NCBI GenBank assembly: GCA_043228905.1
Contig: JBHGNT010000011.1
Location: 4,588,001-4,652,000 of the forward strand
DNA length: 64,000 nt
Direction of reading: 5' to 3'
Source: Azolla caroliniana
Lineage: Eukaryota > Plantae > Polypodiophyta
The notes under the pieces are model-generated. The model searched no databases. It was not told the DNA's origin and saw only the letters and a program-made list of their open reading frames with translations. Shown here in pieces: positions 1 through 13,459 of this stretch (position 1 is its first letter; each line of letters begins with the position of its first letter). Both the position numbers and the translations under genes were made by a program.

Positions 1-1257
1 GAAGTTCCTAGTCGGCTAGTATATGCATTCCCTTCTCACTCATGTGACCTAGTTTCTTATGCCATAACTCTCCACTCGAGTCGGCTGCCACATTCACTTC
101 CGACTTGCATAGTCTGGCATGCATCATATACAGTGTGCCCTCTTTCTATGCTCGGGCCACTATGAGGTTTCCTTAGCAGAACTTCCACTTGCTATTTCAA
201 AAGCTGCCATTGTAGCCTTCATCATCCAGCCTTCCAGTCGATGTTAGATTTAATCTGATATCGACGACATATCGAACTTCCCTCATAGTCAGTCGACAAC
301 ATGTTGACGTCATCAAGCTTACACTTTCAATGCCGGTTGTTTTGCACTCACCATTATCTCCCATCTTTACATAGCCATGATCATTGGCTATGTAAGTCGA
401 GAAACACTCTCTCAACAAAGTTATCTGGAAAGATGCACCCGAGTCGATTACCCAGGTACACTCTTCACTTGCAAGATTTGTGGTTGCCTGCTCACAGATG
501 AACAAGATCGCCTCTACACTCATAGTTATGGCTGATGTTCCCTCTTCATTACGAATCTTCCTGGGTTCGACACTCTTGTCCTTCTTGAGGTGTCGGCACT
601 CCTTCTAGAAGTGTCCATGATTTCCACAATAAAAGCATATCAATTTGCCTATGGACTTGGACTTGGATCCAGGCTTCTTTGTGGAATTCTTTGCCGGTTT
701 CTTCCTTTGCCGGTTTGTTGAGTGAGGTTTGACTCCGACTGAGACATGACACCCTTGTCCTTTCTACTCATCTCCTCATTCAAGATGTTTTTCTTTACCG
801 CTTGTAGAGACAAGTTCTCTTCTTGACATGAAATATTGAGAGTCACCACCAGATTCTCCCAGTTGTCCAGTAGGGTACATAGTAGTAGAATGGCATGCAT
901 TACATCCCCAAGGGGAAACTTGGTTGCCGCAAGTTGGTTCACATACCCCATGAATGTGCTTATGTGCTCCACTATACTTTCTTCATCCCTGTACTTCAAC
1001 CTCACAATCTCTCTCATGAAAGATGTTTTGTTGAGGGCGTTCTTCCTCTCATATAGACCTAACAGCTTAAGCCACATCTCGTAGGCATTTGTGTCATTCA
1101 CCACATGCTGAAGGATAGTTACATCGACACATTGTCTAATGGTTGCCACTGCCTTTCTATTCAGAGGTATCCATTCAGACTATAATACCCCCGTGGGTAT
1201 TTCTGCTCTATCGATGGGCTCATAGAGGTCTTTAACTATGCAAAGGTCTTCCATCTT
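1..1257 (-). pseudogene. Degenerate Ty1/Copia gag-protease-pre-integrase fragment
   Basis: ORFs 649..1149 (gag: ATIRQCVDV...NAYEMW) and 197..523 (protease WVIDSGASF); stops and frameshifts; closely homologous to the gag at 36214-36651. Confidence 0.9.
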
Positions 1258-1456
1258 TAAGGACTTGTATAAAAGTGCTCACTGAGCATATTGTATGTAT
1301 AAAGTATGGTTATTATTTTGAATTCAGTTTTCATCGTTTGCTCTCCCTCTCACTGAGTAGTATCTTTGTGGCTTCTGACGTTCTATTTTCTGTTCTCCGA
1401 TGGAGCTAGTAGTATCCGTGTCTATTCTATTTAGCTTCTACGTGTTAATTTTTACA
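1258..1456 (+). repeat. Truncated Copia-type LTR (3' half)
   Basis: GGACTTGTATAAAAGTGCT closely matches the reverse complement of the TATA block in the LTRs at 3804, 37678 and 51898; ends TTTTACA. Confidence 0.55.
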
Positions 1457-1702
1457 CCCCCCCGTAAACCTAGATTACAATTTTAATCTAGTGGTACAAT
1501 TGTATAATTACAAGTCAGTTGGCATATGACCAGATCGGTAGAGGTAAGGTCGGGATCGAGCCTCATTCTGCTAATTATTTGGATTCTATGTTGTCCGGGT
1601 CGGTTGTATTGACTGATTCGGATCAAATTTCGTCCAAATCGGCTCATTCTTTTAGATCGGCTCGTGTTCGAATCCGACTCTCGGTCTTTCGATTCTCGGT
1701 AA

Positions 1703-3388
1703 TTAGCCCTTTTCGACTCTTCTGATCACATCGTTCTTCAATTTACCTTCTGCTACTCTTTGTTCGACTCTCTTATGCTCGATTGCTTGTCGTAGTCCCG
1801 TCATTGTCCTCAATGCTCCGAAGCATTGTTCTGGGAGTGGCTTCGTCAGGAAATCGGCGATGTTCACCTCAGTGTCAATCTTCCGGACTTTGACCTTCTT
1901 GTCTATTAGGAGCTCCAGGATATGATGAAATTGTACCTCAATGTGTTTCTTCTTCGTATGATAGATTGGATTTCGAATGAGGTGTACTGTGCTCTGAGAG
2001 TCGTAGTAGATGGTCAGCGCTGGATGGTCGATTCGTCTTACCAGTAATAAGTTGGCTGATAGTCGATGTAGCCTGATGGCTTCCTTCGCTACCTCCGATG
2101 TTGCTATGCACTCAGCCTCTAAGGTAGACAAGGTCGTGCACTCTTGAAGCGTCGACCTCCATGATATGGTGTTGCCGCTATAGGTGAAACGATAACTTGA
2201 TGTCGACTTCCAATTATCCGTATTTCCAGGATAGTCGAAGTTGGTATAGCCTTCGACTTTGGTCGGATTTGCCCATCCGAAAGTTAGATGTACATCTTCA
2301 GTTCCTCTTAGATACCTCAAGATGTGCTTGATGGCCGCATAATGCTTCCATCTTGGGTTCGACATGTATCGGCTGACAACCTCTAGGGCGTAGGCAAGGT
2401 CGGGTCGGGTCGCCACCATTGCATGTATGATACTTCCTACAGCCAATGCATTGGGTATCTTTCCATTGAGCTTTCTCTCCTCATTTTTCAAAGGAGAGTC
2501 TTTTTTTTATAGTCTGATGGACGTCGGTAGCGGAGTCGATGTTGTCTTCACATTTTCCATGTTGAAGCACATCAACACCTTACAAATGTAGTCGTACTTG
2601 GAGAGTCGGAGAGTCCTTGTCATCCGATTTCGCTCGATCCTCATGCCAAGTATGTGTTAGGATTTTCCAAGTTCCTTCATCACAAATTTTTCGTGAAGGC
2701 TCCGCTTTAGTTTTCCGATCTTTGCTTGATTGCTCCCTCTAATGAGCATGTCGTCGACATATAGGATCAAATAGATCCAGGAATCATCTACCAATTGCCG
2801 AATATACAAACATGGGTCTACCAATTGCATGGGGCACCAACTTGGTTCTTTTGTCCCTAGGGATGAGTGCATAGGCTTCACATCCGAATATACGAACCTT
2901 GTCATAGGTCAGTTGTTTGCCTGACCATTGTGCCTGTGGCACTTTGAACCTGATTACATTCGATGGCGATAGATTGATCAAGTATACAAAGTCCAGCTTT
3001 AGTCCAAATTGTTGGAGTATTGGTGTCACTCTCTCTTGGATCATTTGGTTGATCCGTTCCACCATGCCATTTTGCATGGGTGTGTAAGGAACGGTCTTTT
3101 GATCCCAGATCCCTTTGTCAGACAGGTACTATTTGAAGGCTCGGAGGTGCACTCATGTCCATAGTTGGATCGAAGTGTCTTCACTCTGTATCCTGACCAG
3201 TTTTCCAGTTCGACTAACCAACGAGTGAAGACCTCGAGCACTTCGTCTTTTGACCTAATCGAGTAGGCCCAGACGTTTTGTGTACAATCATCTACAAACG
3301 TGATGAAGTACCAGGAGCCTCCTAGTGGCCTTTCGTGCATTGGTCCACATATATCTGTGTGGACGAGTTCTAGGGGTTCTCGTACCGT
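1703..3388 (-). pseudogene. Copia element A, 3' half (integrase core, RT end, RNase H), internally deleted
   Basis: ELVHTDICGP and FVDD integrase motifs; LILYVDDMLI RT; KHIEVQFH...ADFLTKPL RNase H; integrase C-terminus joined directly to late RT near 2830. Confidence 0.9.
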
Positions 3389-3803
3389 TGTCATGGCTTT
3401 CGGCGCCGGATCGTTGCGTGAGTCGAGTGGAAACTGCCGAGATTTTGGACTACGAGGAGGAAGAGTTTAAGGCAAATAAGATTGTGAATAAATTGAAAGA
3501 GAGAGACATAGAAAACTCATGAATCCCAGGAGTATGGTGTATTCATCAATATTTAGATAAGAATATGAATTTAGATTGCAAGAGAGAGATATAGAAAACT
3601 CGTGAATCCCACGAGTATAGTTTATTAGATTATTCCATATTTAAAACCCTAATAATACACATGCTCCCATCCTTGTATAATGATAGAAGAGGCTTAGCAC
3701 ATAGCAATCCATGCTTTTTCTAACCTCATGCTTTTTTCTAACTTCATGGTTTTTCTAACAATGGACTTTATGTTCTTTCTATCATGCTTTTTGAAAAAGT
3801 TAA
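3389..3803. mobile_element. Left end (LTR-like) of a TGTCGTG-family insertion whose right end is at 29902-29918
   Basis: First ~58 bp match 61571-61628; interrupts Copia A in frame; internal ~83-bp and ~19-bp direct repeats. Confidence 0.75.
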
Positions 3804-4228
3804 TGTGTGGAAGCGTATAAACACAACCAGCTCAGCTGGATAGTAACAGAGAATATATGAAGGTTTAATGGAAAGCTTCAAAATACATAGAGAGTATGCG
3901 TAGGACAGATAGAGAGGGCAAAACACACAAAAACTCTATTTCAAAATACTCTGTGAACTCTGTATGTACAATTGTGCTTTGAAGCACTTTTTATACAAGT
4001 CCTTAAAAGCACTAACAGAAGTACTGACAGGTACTTCAATGCTTGTACTAAGCTACGAACACTAACTACTAAAACCATAGCTACCTAGTAGACTAGGAGC
4101 ATAGGCCTCCAACTGCCTACCAGTTTGCACATGGGTCCAGGTCTCTGATCCGCTCATCTCATTGGACACCTATGTGGCTCTTGGCTTATTCAGCCGATCT
4201 GGATCATGTTAAGCTTGTTCGCTCAACA
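3804..4228 (-). repeat. Copia LTR copy (family of the 37678 and 51898 LTRs)
   Basis: TGTGTGGAAGCG...GCTCAACA, colinear with 37678-38145 and 51898-52301; no clean TSD seen. Confidence 0.75.
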
Positions 4229-4619
4229 CTTTTTCTAAAAGTGTTCACGCACACTAGATGTGCATGAGTTGCTTTCTCCTAGAGAATATGTGTGAGGATA
4301 ACGTTTTCTACATCGGAAATCTATTTTTTTAATACTCATGATTTGTTCGTATAATTGCAAGGTTTTAAATTGTTAACATGATGGTACATGATTTGAATCT
4401 TGCCCTAGTGTATGAAGTACATGTGCTCCTTGTGCTCCTCTCAGCATAACCCTCCATGTATCGCACATGTGCCACCTTCGTTGTACAATCTCGCATTAGA
4501 GTTGATGATCTTCACATTAGAGCCCTCCTTCTTTGTCTAGATCTCATCCTCAGTTACACCCTTCCAATCCGCTTGGCCCTTGTCATCCGTGGTAGTGTCA
4601 TGAACACATGACCCTTATA

Positions 4620-4686
4620 GCGTCACCTGGATTTAAACCTAGGACCTTGTAATCGATAGCTAAAAACCCCAACCATTAAGATAGCT
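4620..4686 (-). other. Degenerate tRNA-like sequence, possible SINE head
   Basis: Reverse strand GCTATCTTAATGGTT...GGTCCTAGGTTTAAATCC resembles Pol III A and B boxes at tRNA-like spacing. Confidence 0.35.
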
Positions 4687-4936
4687 TATTGTTATATGAG
4701 AAGATAAAAGCTACTTTTGTAATATATTGATTATTTTAAAAACTTTGGATCATTCTAGAATGTATTCTCAAATCAATTTGAATACACACCAGTCTTAAGC
4801 TCTCATCACCTATCTTGTATCCATTCTCATTCTATATAAATACATTCTTTCTTTTCGTATTATTTCATTCCTTTCTTCTTGTGATTTATTGATATCGTTC
4901 TCTTTTAGATCTTGATTCGAATTTTCTCTGTCTCTT

Positions 4937-4942
<6 letters not shown>

Positions 4943-4985
<43 letters not shown>
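4943..4985. repeat. (TC)n microsatellite followed by GTY/GCC-triplet low-complexity sequence in the putative LINE 5' region
   Basis: Directly visible. Confidence 0.95.
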
Positions 4986-4986
<1 letters not shown>

Positions 4987-5286
4987 ACGGCTCTTTCTGT
5001 CGTTGCCGTTGCCGTCGCCGTCATCACCGTTGTTGTCTGCCATCATCAATGTTGTTTGTCGTGTGTAGTCGTTGCCGCTGTCATCGTTGTCGGCCAATCA
5101 CCTACGCTTTTGACGACGTCATCGGCTGAGTAAACGAGAGAGCATACATGTGCTTCTACAGTCGAACCTAGTGCGAAAGGCATGGATGCTCGACTAAGTT
5201 TTTTTGTCCTCTTTGTCTTTTCTTTCTTTTATCTTTTGATTTACAACATGACTTCTAGATGAAACCGTAAGGAAACACACGAAGAA

Positions 5287-5980
5287 ATGATAAGTAAGGA
5301 AGAATTTTTTGATGTCCTTAACCATTTAGTTAAAATAGAAAAATGGGTGAAAGAGGTTGAAGCTGAAAAACAAAAAGATAAGGAAGAAAAAGAAGTGCTT
5401 ATTGCTGAAATAACAAAACTTAATGTAGACAACACAAACCTTCAGAAACAAGTTAAGGACCTTGAGACATCAAGGGAAGATGGTGAAATATCTTTCCTAG
5501 AGGATATTAAGGACAAGATAGAAAAGGTTATGGAATAGGTTAAAAGCGATATGGAACTAGCAAAAACTGGGTGGGATAATGTAGTAAAACTTAATATTAA
5601 AAAGGAACTAAAGGATGAAAATATTGTAAACACTACCCTTGAGGAGGAAAAAATGCGTCAAGCTTGATGCCTAAATGTACGAGTTACTAGGCTCCAGGAA
5701 GGGGCATCTCCCGACAAAGATGCACAAGAATTAGGGAAAATGTTGGGGTACGAAGCCCTACTAATCACTAAAACTTGGAGGGTAGGACGTGACACCAATA
5801 GGAAAAGAGCTTTGGTCCTTCAGTTTAAGGACTCAGAATCTAGAATCGCATTTTTTAAAAAGAGACCAAGTCTTCGAGGATTGGGCAGGAACCCTATCTA
5901 CTTCGATGAAGACCTAACCAGGATGAAAATTTGAGCATCGTAAAACTTGTATGCCGCGAGTCATACAAGCTTGTAAAGAG
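5287..5980 (+). pseudogene. LINE ORF1 (coiled coil plus RRM-like domain), disrupted
   Basis: K/E-rich heptads at 5287-5640, then WRVGR..RALVLQFKD..IYFDEDLT, typical of LINE ORF1; in-frame stops. Confidence 0.7.
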
Positions 5981-6076
5981 GGGCATCGTGCTTTTTACCG
6001 AGACGGACGTGTGATAATAAATGATCGGGCCGCCAATTGACGGTGTGTGGCCCATGTGATAGAAAATAAACTTAGG

Positions 6077-7248
6077 ATGACTTTATGGAATTGTAACGGT
6101 GCACTTTGGACACACCGTGGCCATCTAGAGGAGATTTTGAAGGTATCTGACATACTTTTTTTAGTACAAACACATCAGAGCCCAAATCGAGGACTACCAT
6201 GAGTTGATAGTTTTCGTTGGGAATCTGTCTTTAGACAAACCTCACATCGACATACTATTAGAGGGTCTGGAGGGGTTGCGATACTATTTCGGAGAGAGAT
6301 ACATAATAGGATAGGGAACTCTACCATATGCCCTTGCATGGAAAAGACTATGGGAACCGCGACCACAAACACCCATCGAGGATCCCAATATTAGGCACAC
6401 ATATATCGAGAGACTCTACCATGTCCCAAACCAACCACCCATTCCAATGCTTTCCACACCTTGACCTAACATGGGGACACTTTTCAGGACCTCTAGGGTT
6501 ACGAAGGTCATAAAAAAATTACAACATAGGAAATCCATAGACCACACAGGATTGCGAACCGAGCACATCATATATGCTTGAGAGTGCCTAGCCCCCTTTC
6601 TCAGTCTAATCTTCAACCGCGCCCTCGCCGAGGGTTTTCCACCAAAATGGACCATGAACACAGTGGCCCCTATACATAAAGGAGGGAACCCAGTGGACCC
6701 AGATAGATATAGGACCATTATGATAGGTCATACGGTCGCTAAACTATATGGTGCGGTAAGGCAAGCGGAGCTTAGCGATTATATGGAAACATTAAGTCTT
6801 CAAGCACCTAAGCAGGTTGGCTTTAGATGAGCCTTCTCCACTATTGACTGCATATCTTCACACTTAGGTGCTTAATTGACCAGACGAAGGCTCGTAAGAA
6901 GAAACTATATTGTTGCTTTGTGAAATTCCGCAAAGCCTTTGACATAGTTCCTAGGGAGAAGTTGTTTGATAAACTTAAGAGCTTGGAGATACCAAATGAC
7001 ATGATCTGGGCCATTTATGCCCTATATGAGCAAGTCTCTAGGTGCGTAAGATGCCCAAGTGGCCTATCCGATTGTTTCACTAGCACCATTGGTGTAAAAC
7101 AGGGTTGCCCGCTATCACCGACTCTTTTTGGGATCAACATTGATGAGATTACTTATTTTATTGCTCGTAAGGGAGTAGTTATTGGGGATACGAAAGCTCT
7201 CGGAGTCGGAACATGACCTAGGAAAGCATCTTAATACCCTAGATGACT
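6077..7248 (+). pseudogene. LINE ORF2 part 1 (APE endonuclease N-terminus, RT), RTEX/CR1-like, with deletions
   Basis: MTLWNCNG endonuclease start; KAFDIVPREKL and GVKQGCPLSPTLF RT motifs; YADD segment missing near 7175-7200. Confidence 0.85.
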
Positions 7249-7732
7249 TGTAAAAAATGGAGCAAGTGATGTAATGCAGCGGAAGATAATTGAGTGTGTG
7301 TGTGTGTGTACGTGAGGCAAAATAGAGAGAGAGAGTAAGAGAGATCTTAAGACAGAGATAACTATGTATTACATCCAACAGTAACAAAGTTACAAAGGGT
7401 TGGTTTAAATACCAACTAAGCTAGGGCAAGTGCCCTTTCTACAATTTACAAAGCTAGCCTCGTATGTCCATGAACTAGTGTGAAACCTATTACTAAGGGA
7501 AGTTGAGTTCGACTCTCAACACGCCCCCTCGAACACAACTTCTATCTATCGAAAGGTTGTTCGGTTTGTACTTCGACTCGTCTCATCAGCTTCGATAAAC
7601 TGCGTATTACGTACTTGCATATTGTGCGTACGTTGTTCGGTTCATACTTCGGAACACTTCGAACTTTGATTGTTCGGATTTTTGGTTGCGTACTCCTTGT
7701 TCGGCTTCCATCAATCGATCGGTTCACTGTCA

Positions 7733-10700
7733 CTATTTTGTACTTCCCCTCAAGCTCGGCTGGTCGGGAAAAGATAGGCCAAGGTTCGATGTGAACTGCC
7801 GAAGCTTGTCGACACCAAGGGCTTTCGTGAAAATGTCGGCTACATGTAGGTGCGTACTGAAATGTTGTAAATCGATATCTCCAACCTGTACACGCTCGCG
7901 GATGAAATGATAGTGCACTTCAATGTGCTTAGTCCATGCGTGGAATACGACATTCCGTGCCAGGTAGATACTGTTCATGTTGTCGCAGTATAGACGAATT
8001 GGATCTTTCATGAGTATGCCCAACTCCTTCAGTATACGCTTGAGCCATACGGCTTTGCATGCGGCGACTGTCGCACCCCTGTATTCGGCTTTCGTGCTCG
8101 ACATTGCGACTATCGGTTGCTTCTTACTGCTCTAGGAGATCGCTCCGCTACCAAGAGTGAAGACGAATCCGGATGTGCATCGTCTATCTGCTTTATATCC
8201 TACCTAGTCTGCGTCTGTGTACCCTTCAAGTTCAATGATCGTATTCGACATATACATGATGTCGTAGTCCATCGTCGTGCTGACATACCAAAGTATCCAC
8301 TTAGTGCAATCCAGATGAAGATTTCGCGGATTTTGCATAAATTGACTAAGTAGGCCGACCGAGTAGTTGAGGTCAGGTCTCGTGATGGTTAGATAAATTA
8401 AGCTACCGATCAGTTCACGATACTGAGTTGGCTCGCTCTTGGCCATGCCGGAGTTAGCATCGATCTTGAAATTATGATCGAGAGGGGTAAACATAGGTTT
8501 GCACTCCGTCATTCCAAACTTGTAGAGTAAGTTTAGAACGTAGTGGCATTGTGATATCATTATTCCGACTAGTGTTCGAATTACTTCAATGCCTAGGAAG
8601 TAATGGAGCTCGTGTAGGTCTTTCATTTCGAATCTGCCGGAAAGAAGTGATTTGACCTTGTTAATCTCGGCTAGAACTTTTCCTCCGATGACCAAATCAT
8701 CTATATAAAGGATGATGACAATTGGGCTATCCAACTCGTTTCTGAAGTATCGGATTTTGACATTCAAAATCCGATTTGATGAAGATATTGCGTGATCTTC
8801 GAGTGCCACGCACGCAGTGTTTGTTTGAGGCCATAAAGTGGTTTCTTAAGTTGACATACGGTGTGCGGATAGTTACGGGATTCAAATCCGGGTGGTTGAA
8901 TCATACACACTTCCTCTTCTAATTCTCCTTGGAGGAGGGCGTTTTTCACGTCCATCTGGTGGAGGTGCCACCCTTTCGCCACTGCCAAGGCAATTACGGT
9001 CTATACAGTGGTCATCTTTGCCACCGGGGCAAAGGTCTCTTTGTAGTCTACGTCGTGGGTTTGTGCGTATCCTTTTGCAACAAGATGTGCTTTAAAGCGA
9101 TTTACAGAGCTGTCAGCATTGTGCTTCACCTTGTAAATCCATCTACAACCAATTGCTTTCTTGTTTAGTGGGTGAGGAACAAGATCCCATGTTTCGTTTT
9201 TGCATAACGCTTCCATTTCCTCATGCATCACGTTGACCCATCGCGGATCTTTTACGGCTTTGGAAAGTGTTTCCGGTTCCCGTACTATTGCTACCTTCAT
9301 CATAAAGGCGTAATGATATGCCATATACTCATTGTAGCCATAACGGTTTACGGGGTTCTTCTCTCGGGTGGACCGACGTAGCTTTTTGTTCACGAATTCT
9401 AAAACTTTCTTCAAGCCGTCTTGTCCAGATGTCAAGGCCTTCGAACTCACTATCAAGTGAGTGAGTCGATTCGAATTCGAACTGATCTTTGTACCCGCAT
9501 TTTGGCCTTCCCTTTGTCCAACTTTGGACTTGATTGAGATGTGCTTTGATCACTCGGCGGCTTCGACGGCCCACTCAGTCGTGTCGTAATTGGACTTTCA
9601 TCGAACATGCGCGTAACTTGATCTTCGGCTTCTTGCCTCTATTTCGGCATATATCAGAGTCGGAGTCGAAGTTGTCTCTAGTGCGTACCAGGATGCGGAC
9701 TCGTAAAAAACGACATCACGACTTGTTCAAACTTTTCGGGTAGATGGATTGTAGCATTTGTACCTCTTCTGTTCGAGCGAGTACCCCACGAGGATAAATT
9801 TCTCCAAGTTCGGGTCGAGCTTTTGTCGCGTATTGTCAGGGATATGTACGTAAGCGATTGCGCCGAAAATGCTGACATGTGATAAGTCCGGCTTGTTTCC
9901 AAAGAACTTCTCATGAGGACTTACGTCATGTACTCCCGAGGTTGTGCACCTATTCATTAGGTATACGGCCGTGTTCGCCGCTGTCGTGAAGATTTCCGGC
10001 TACGGTGAGAAAACCGGGAGGGACAAATAAAATGGGGATGTGCAATGTTGCACATGCATTTGTAAATTTGTGTAATAAGAATAAGTAAACAAAATGTAAT
10101 GGGAAGGGTAATAATCTAAGGTGCTAAAGGTGTACCACGAAGTTCATAAAGGCATAAATGTGATGTGCACTTTGTAGAGTACAAGGTGAGTAATGGGCAT
10201 AGTAGTATGTGTGAGGAGTGGGAGCTAAGGCCCCATCAATCCCTCCTCCTAGAATCTAAGCAAATATCCCCATTGAATAAAGGGGATATTTTGTCTCTCC
10301 TTTTTGGAACGGCTTTCTCTCCTTATGCTATAAAAGGAGAGGGGCACCATTGAAGGGGTTGCCTATTTTGAGTGAGAAGAGGTATACCACTTAGCTCGAG
10401 GGTTTCTATTCGGTTTAGGGTTTCTTCTAGGGTTTCTTCATCTCTTTCTTTACTTATCCGATTAGGGTTTACATTCTACTTATGTTTTGAGTCCGGCCCA
10501 CGCGACTGCGGTTGTAATCGCATTGCGGTTTTCAAGCCCATAATATACATAACTTCATAAATCTTGTCTCTTTCTACTTTCTCTACCGTGTTAATCTCTT
10601 CCACTTTGCGCATACCCGTCTTCCCATCTACTCCCTAATCCGAGGCCCCCGTGGTCCTACCTTATTCTACACGCACGCGTGGAAATACGTGACACCACTT

Positions 10701-12581
10701 CTGCCTAGTACGATTTTGACAAATTCTTCTCATTCATCATAGCCCGAGCGACTTCTACTATGTGCCGGTTTTTACGCTCAGCTACGCCGTTCTACTGAGG
10801 TGTGTGACGACATGAGAATTCTCGTCGGATTCCTTCCTTTTGGAGATATGTTGTAAACTCATCCGAAACATATTCTTTGCCTCCATCCGATTGAAGGCAG
10901 TGTACATGTCGACCCATTAGCTTTTTCAACTTCGGCTTTGAACCTCTGGAAGTGTCCAAACACTTCGCTCTTTTGTCTCATCGGGTAGATCTAGGTGTTC
11001 CTGGAGAAGTCGTCGATGAAAGTGACATAGTATTGGCATCCACTGAGTGTGCACGTCTGGGACGGTTCCCATACATTTGAATGTATGACATCTAGGATCC
11101 CTTTGCTCACATTCCACTCTTTTGGGAATGGGTGTCGGCGTTGCTCCTTTCAATTGCATGTTCTAAAGTTTTTGGAGATTGATGTGGTCGATTCTTTTGT
11201 GCCACAAATTTAAGTCCGTTTCGACTTTGAGGCCCTTTGCGAACATGGCTGACTTTACCTCGTTTGATTCGAGGATAAAAATACGACGTTCTCATCGACC
11301 ATGAGCTACAACTTGACTGCCTATTTCGATGAAGCACCCGTCATTGTTGAATCGTACTTGCATTCCTTGTTCGACAATCTGGCCAACTGAGACCAGGTTT
11401 TTCGTGATGGTGGGAACATGTAGTACATTCTTTAGGTAGGTTTGTTTGCCGTCGTTTCCGAATGGGACATTCCCGATCTGTTGTATTGGATGAGTTGTGC
11501 CATCGCCTGTCTGGACATATCCGGGATTTTCGGGTTTTCGTAATTCGTGAAACCAATCTTCATGAGACATCATGTGCTTTGACGCTCTTTAATCGACAAA
11601 CCATACATTATTTGAAGTGGATGCGCTAGTTGAAGCCTGTGTGGACATCGAGTGCGCTTCATGTTTCATTATGAACATTCCGCCACGGTCGTCGTAGTCG
11701 GAATTTGAAGCGTAATTAGTAAGTTGTCCGCATACCTTGTGTTTCTTCTTTCTACACTCCTCTTCGTAATGGCCGAGTTTTCCGTAGTACCCGCATTCGA
11801 TTGGGCTTCTACGATTTCTTGGTTTGGTGTGATGAATCCCCCTTCTGCCGAGCTTTCTGGGATCATATTTGTCCGCTTGCCATTGGTGGGGGTTACACTC
11901 ATGATTGTGTCGACCTTGGCCGAATCAGTCTCTCCTTCCACGACCGTGTCCTCTTCCTCCATCGATATTCGAATACAGGATTTGTACATCATGTGTGTTG
12001 TTTCTTTGACGCATGTGATTCTCTTTGACAAGCAATAACGATTGGAGGTCAAAAAAGGAAGGATGATTCTCTCTCGCAAGGATGATCGATCTAATCGTGC
12101 CAAATCGAGGTGCTACGCCACCGAGGCATATTTGCACCATCTAGTCATCATTGATGATGACATTGATCGAACTGAGGGCGTCACATAGTTCCTTGATCTT
12201 CAAGGTGTAACTTGTGATCGACATATCCTTCTGTTGCAGATTGTTTAGCTGCTGTCGAAGTTGGAGCTTCCGTGTAGCCGTATTTGCCGCAAAGATTTTC
12301 TTGAGGTTTTCCCACGCCTGTTTCGGCGTTTTTGCCTCTCTGATATATCCCAGCATATGATCATGTATGCAGGATGCCAAGAAATACAACACACGGCTTG
12401 CGGCCTACTCCCAAGCGGGATAGTCGGCGTGTGTTGGGTTGCGTTGCGTTTCATGAGCTCCTTCAATGTAGCTCCAGTAACCTTGCCTGACAAAGTATTG
12501 ATGCATCTTGTATTCCCAAGATGCGAAGTTCGTTCTGTCGAGCTTCTCTGTCGGAAGAGCGCTTCCCATCTGAGTATTCAT
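7733..12581 (-). pseudogene. Copia gag-pol of the 7249-12962 element, fragmented
   Basis: Gag (RKLQLRQQLNNLQQKD), integrase, RT (QMDVKNALLQG, LYIDDL) and RNase H (KHIEVHYHF) pieces in order. Confidence 0.9.
9982..10694 (+). repeat. Solo LTR, 713 bp, in the Copia integrase
   Basis: TGTCGTG...GTGACA; 4-bp TSD CCGC/CCAC; TATAAAA at ~10329; removing it restores Y(W>stop)AEAANTAVY. Confidence 0.85.
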
Positions 12582-12962
12582 GGTGGTTTCTTCTCTGTTG
12601 ATGAGCTAGTTCTATTGTTCGTTGGCGTGTAGCACCACACAAGAAAATGAGGAGGATGATTAAGCAACCACACACTAGGATACCATGTAAAAAATGGAGC
12701 AAGTGGTGTAATGCAGCGGAAGATAATTGAGTGTGTGTGTGTGTGTACGTGAGGCAAAATAGAGAGAGAGAGAGAGTACGAGAGATCTTAAGACAGAGAT
12801 AACTATGTATTACATCCAACAGTAACAAAGTTACAAAGGATTGGTTTAAATACCAACTAAGCTAGGGCATGTGCCCTTTCTACAATTTACAAAGCTAGCC
12901 TAGTATGTCCATGAGCTAGTGTGAAACCTATTACTAAGGGAAGTTGAGTTCGACTCTCAACA

Positions 12963-13459
12963 TGACTTTTGTACACAACGAGGACTGGTAGTGAATCTAG
13001 CGAAAACTAAAGTCCTTGTCTTTCATACATCGTCCCGAGTTCGGAGTAAATGTCACCTAATCCTCTCTCATAAACTAGTTGAGGTAGTTGGATCATATGT
13101 ATACTTGGGAGTCACTTTTAGTGCTCCCTCAGGTAAATTCTCGATGACCCAGGTAGCCAAAGATAGGCTAACGAGAGGGTATGCATCCCGCTCACTCTTA
13201 GAGAGACCATGCCATCAGGCATACTTTCAAGAGCCACAGACTAAGGGATGGCTCTTCGACTCATTAGTGACCCCTTCCCTCATGTATGCATCAGTAGTAT
13301 GGGCTCCAGGTCTACCATCTTTCATGTGCACGCAATTAGAGAGACCTTTGGTGACGATGTTATCACGTCAACTTTGAAGCAAATCGACAGTACCACATGA
13401 CATTATTAGAGCAAAGTTCAGTCTGCCCCTGATGTTAGTAGAAGCATTGTTTCAAGTGG
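12963..13459 (+). pseudogene. LINE ORF2 part 2 (late RT/thumb)
   Basis: Continues in frame across the TSD (NTLDD|FCTQRGLVVNLAKTKVLVF, YVYLGVTF); a short third piece resumes at 16895-16955. Confidence 0.88.

Larger units (their letters stand above)
7249..12962 (-). mobile_element. Full-length degenerate Ty1/Copia element inserted in the LINE RT
   Basis: Paired LTRs 7249-7521 and 12686-12962 (TG..CA, about 6 substitutions plus microsatellite length changes); TSD TGACT; PBS TGGTATCCTAG at 12675-12685; PPT at 7522-7530. Confidence 0.95.

Noticed and set aside
3804-4228. Clean solo LTR call
   Set aside because: Flanks GTTAA and CTTTT do not match; reported only as an LTR copy
4912-5133. Signal-peptide-like small ORF
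   Set aside because: Translation of (TC)n and triplet repeats
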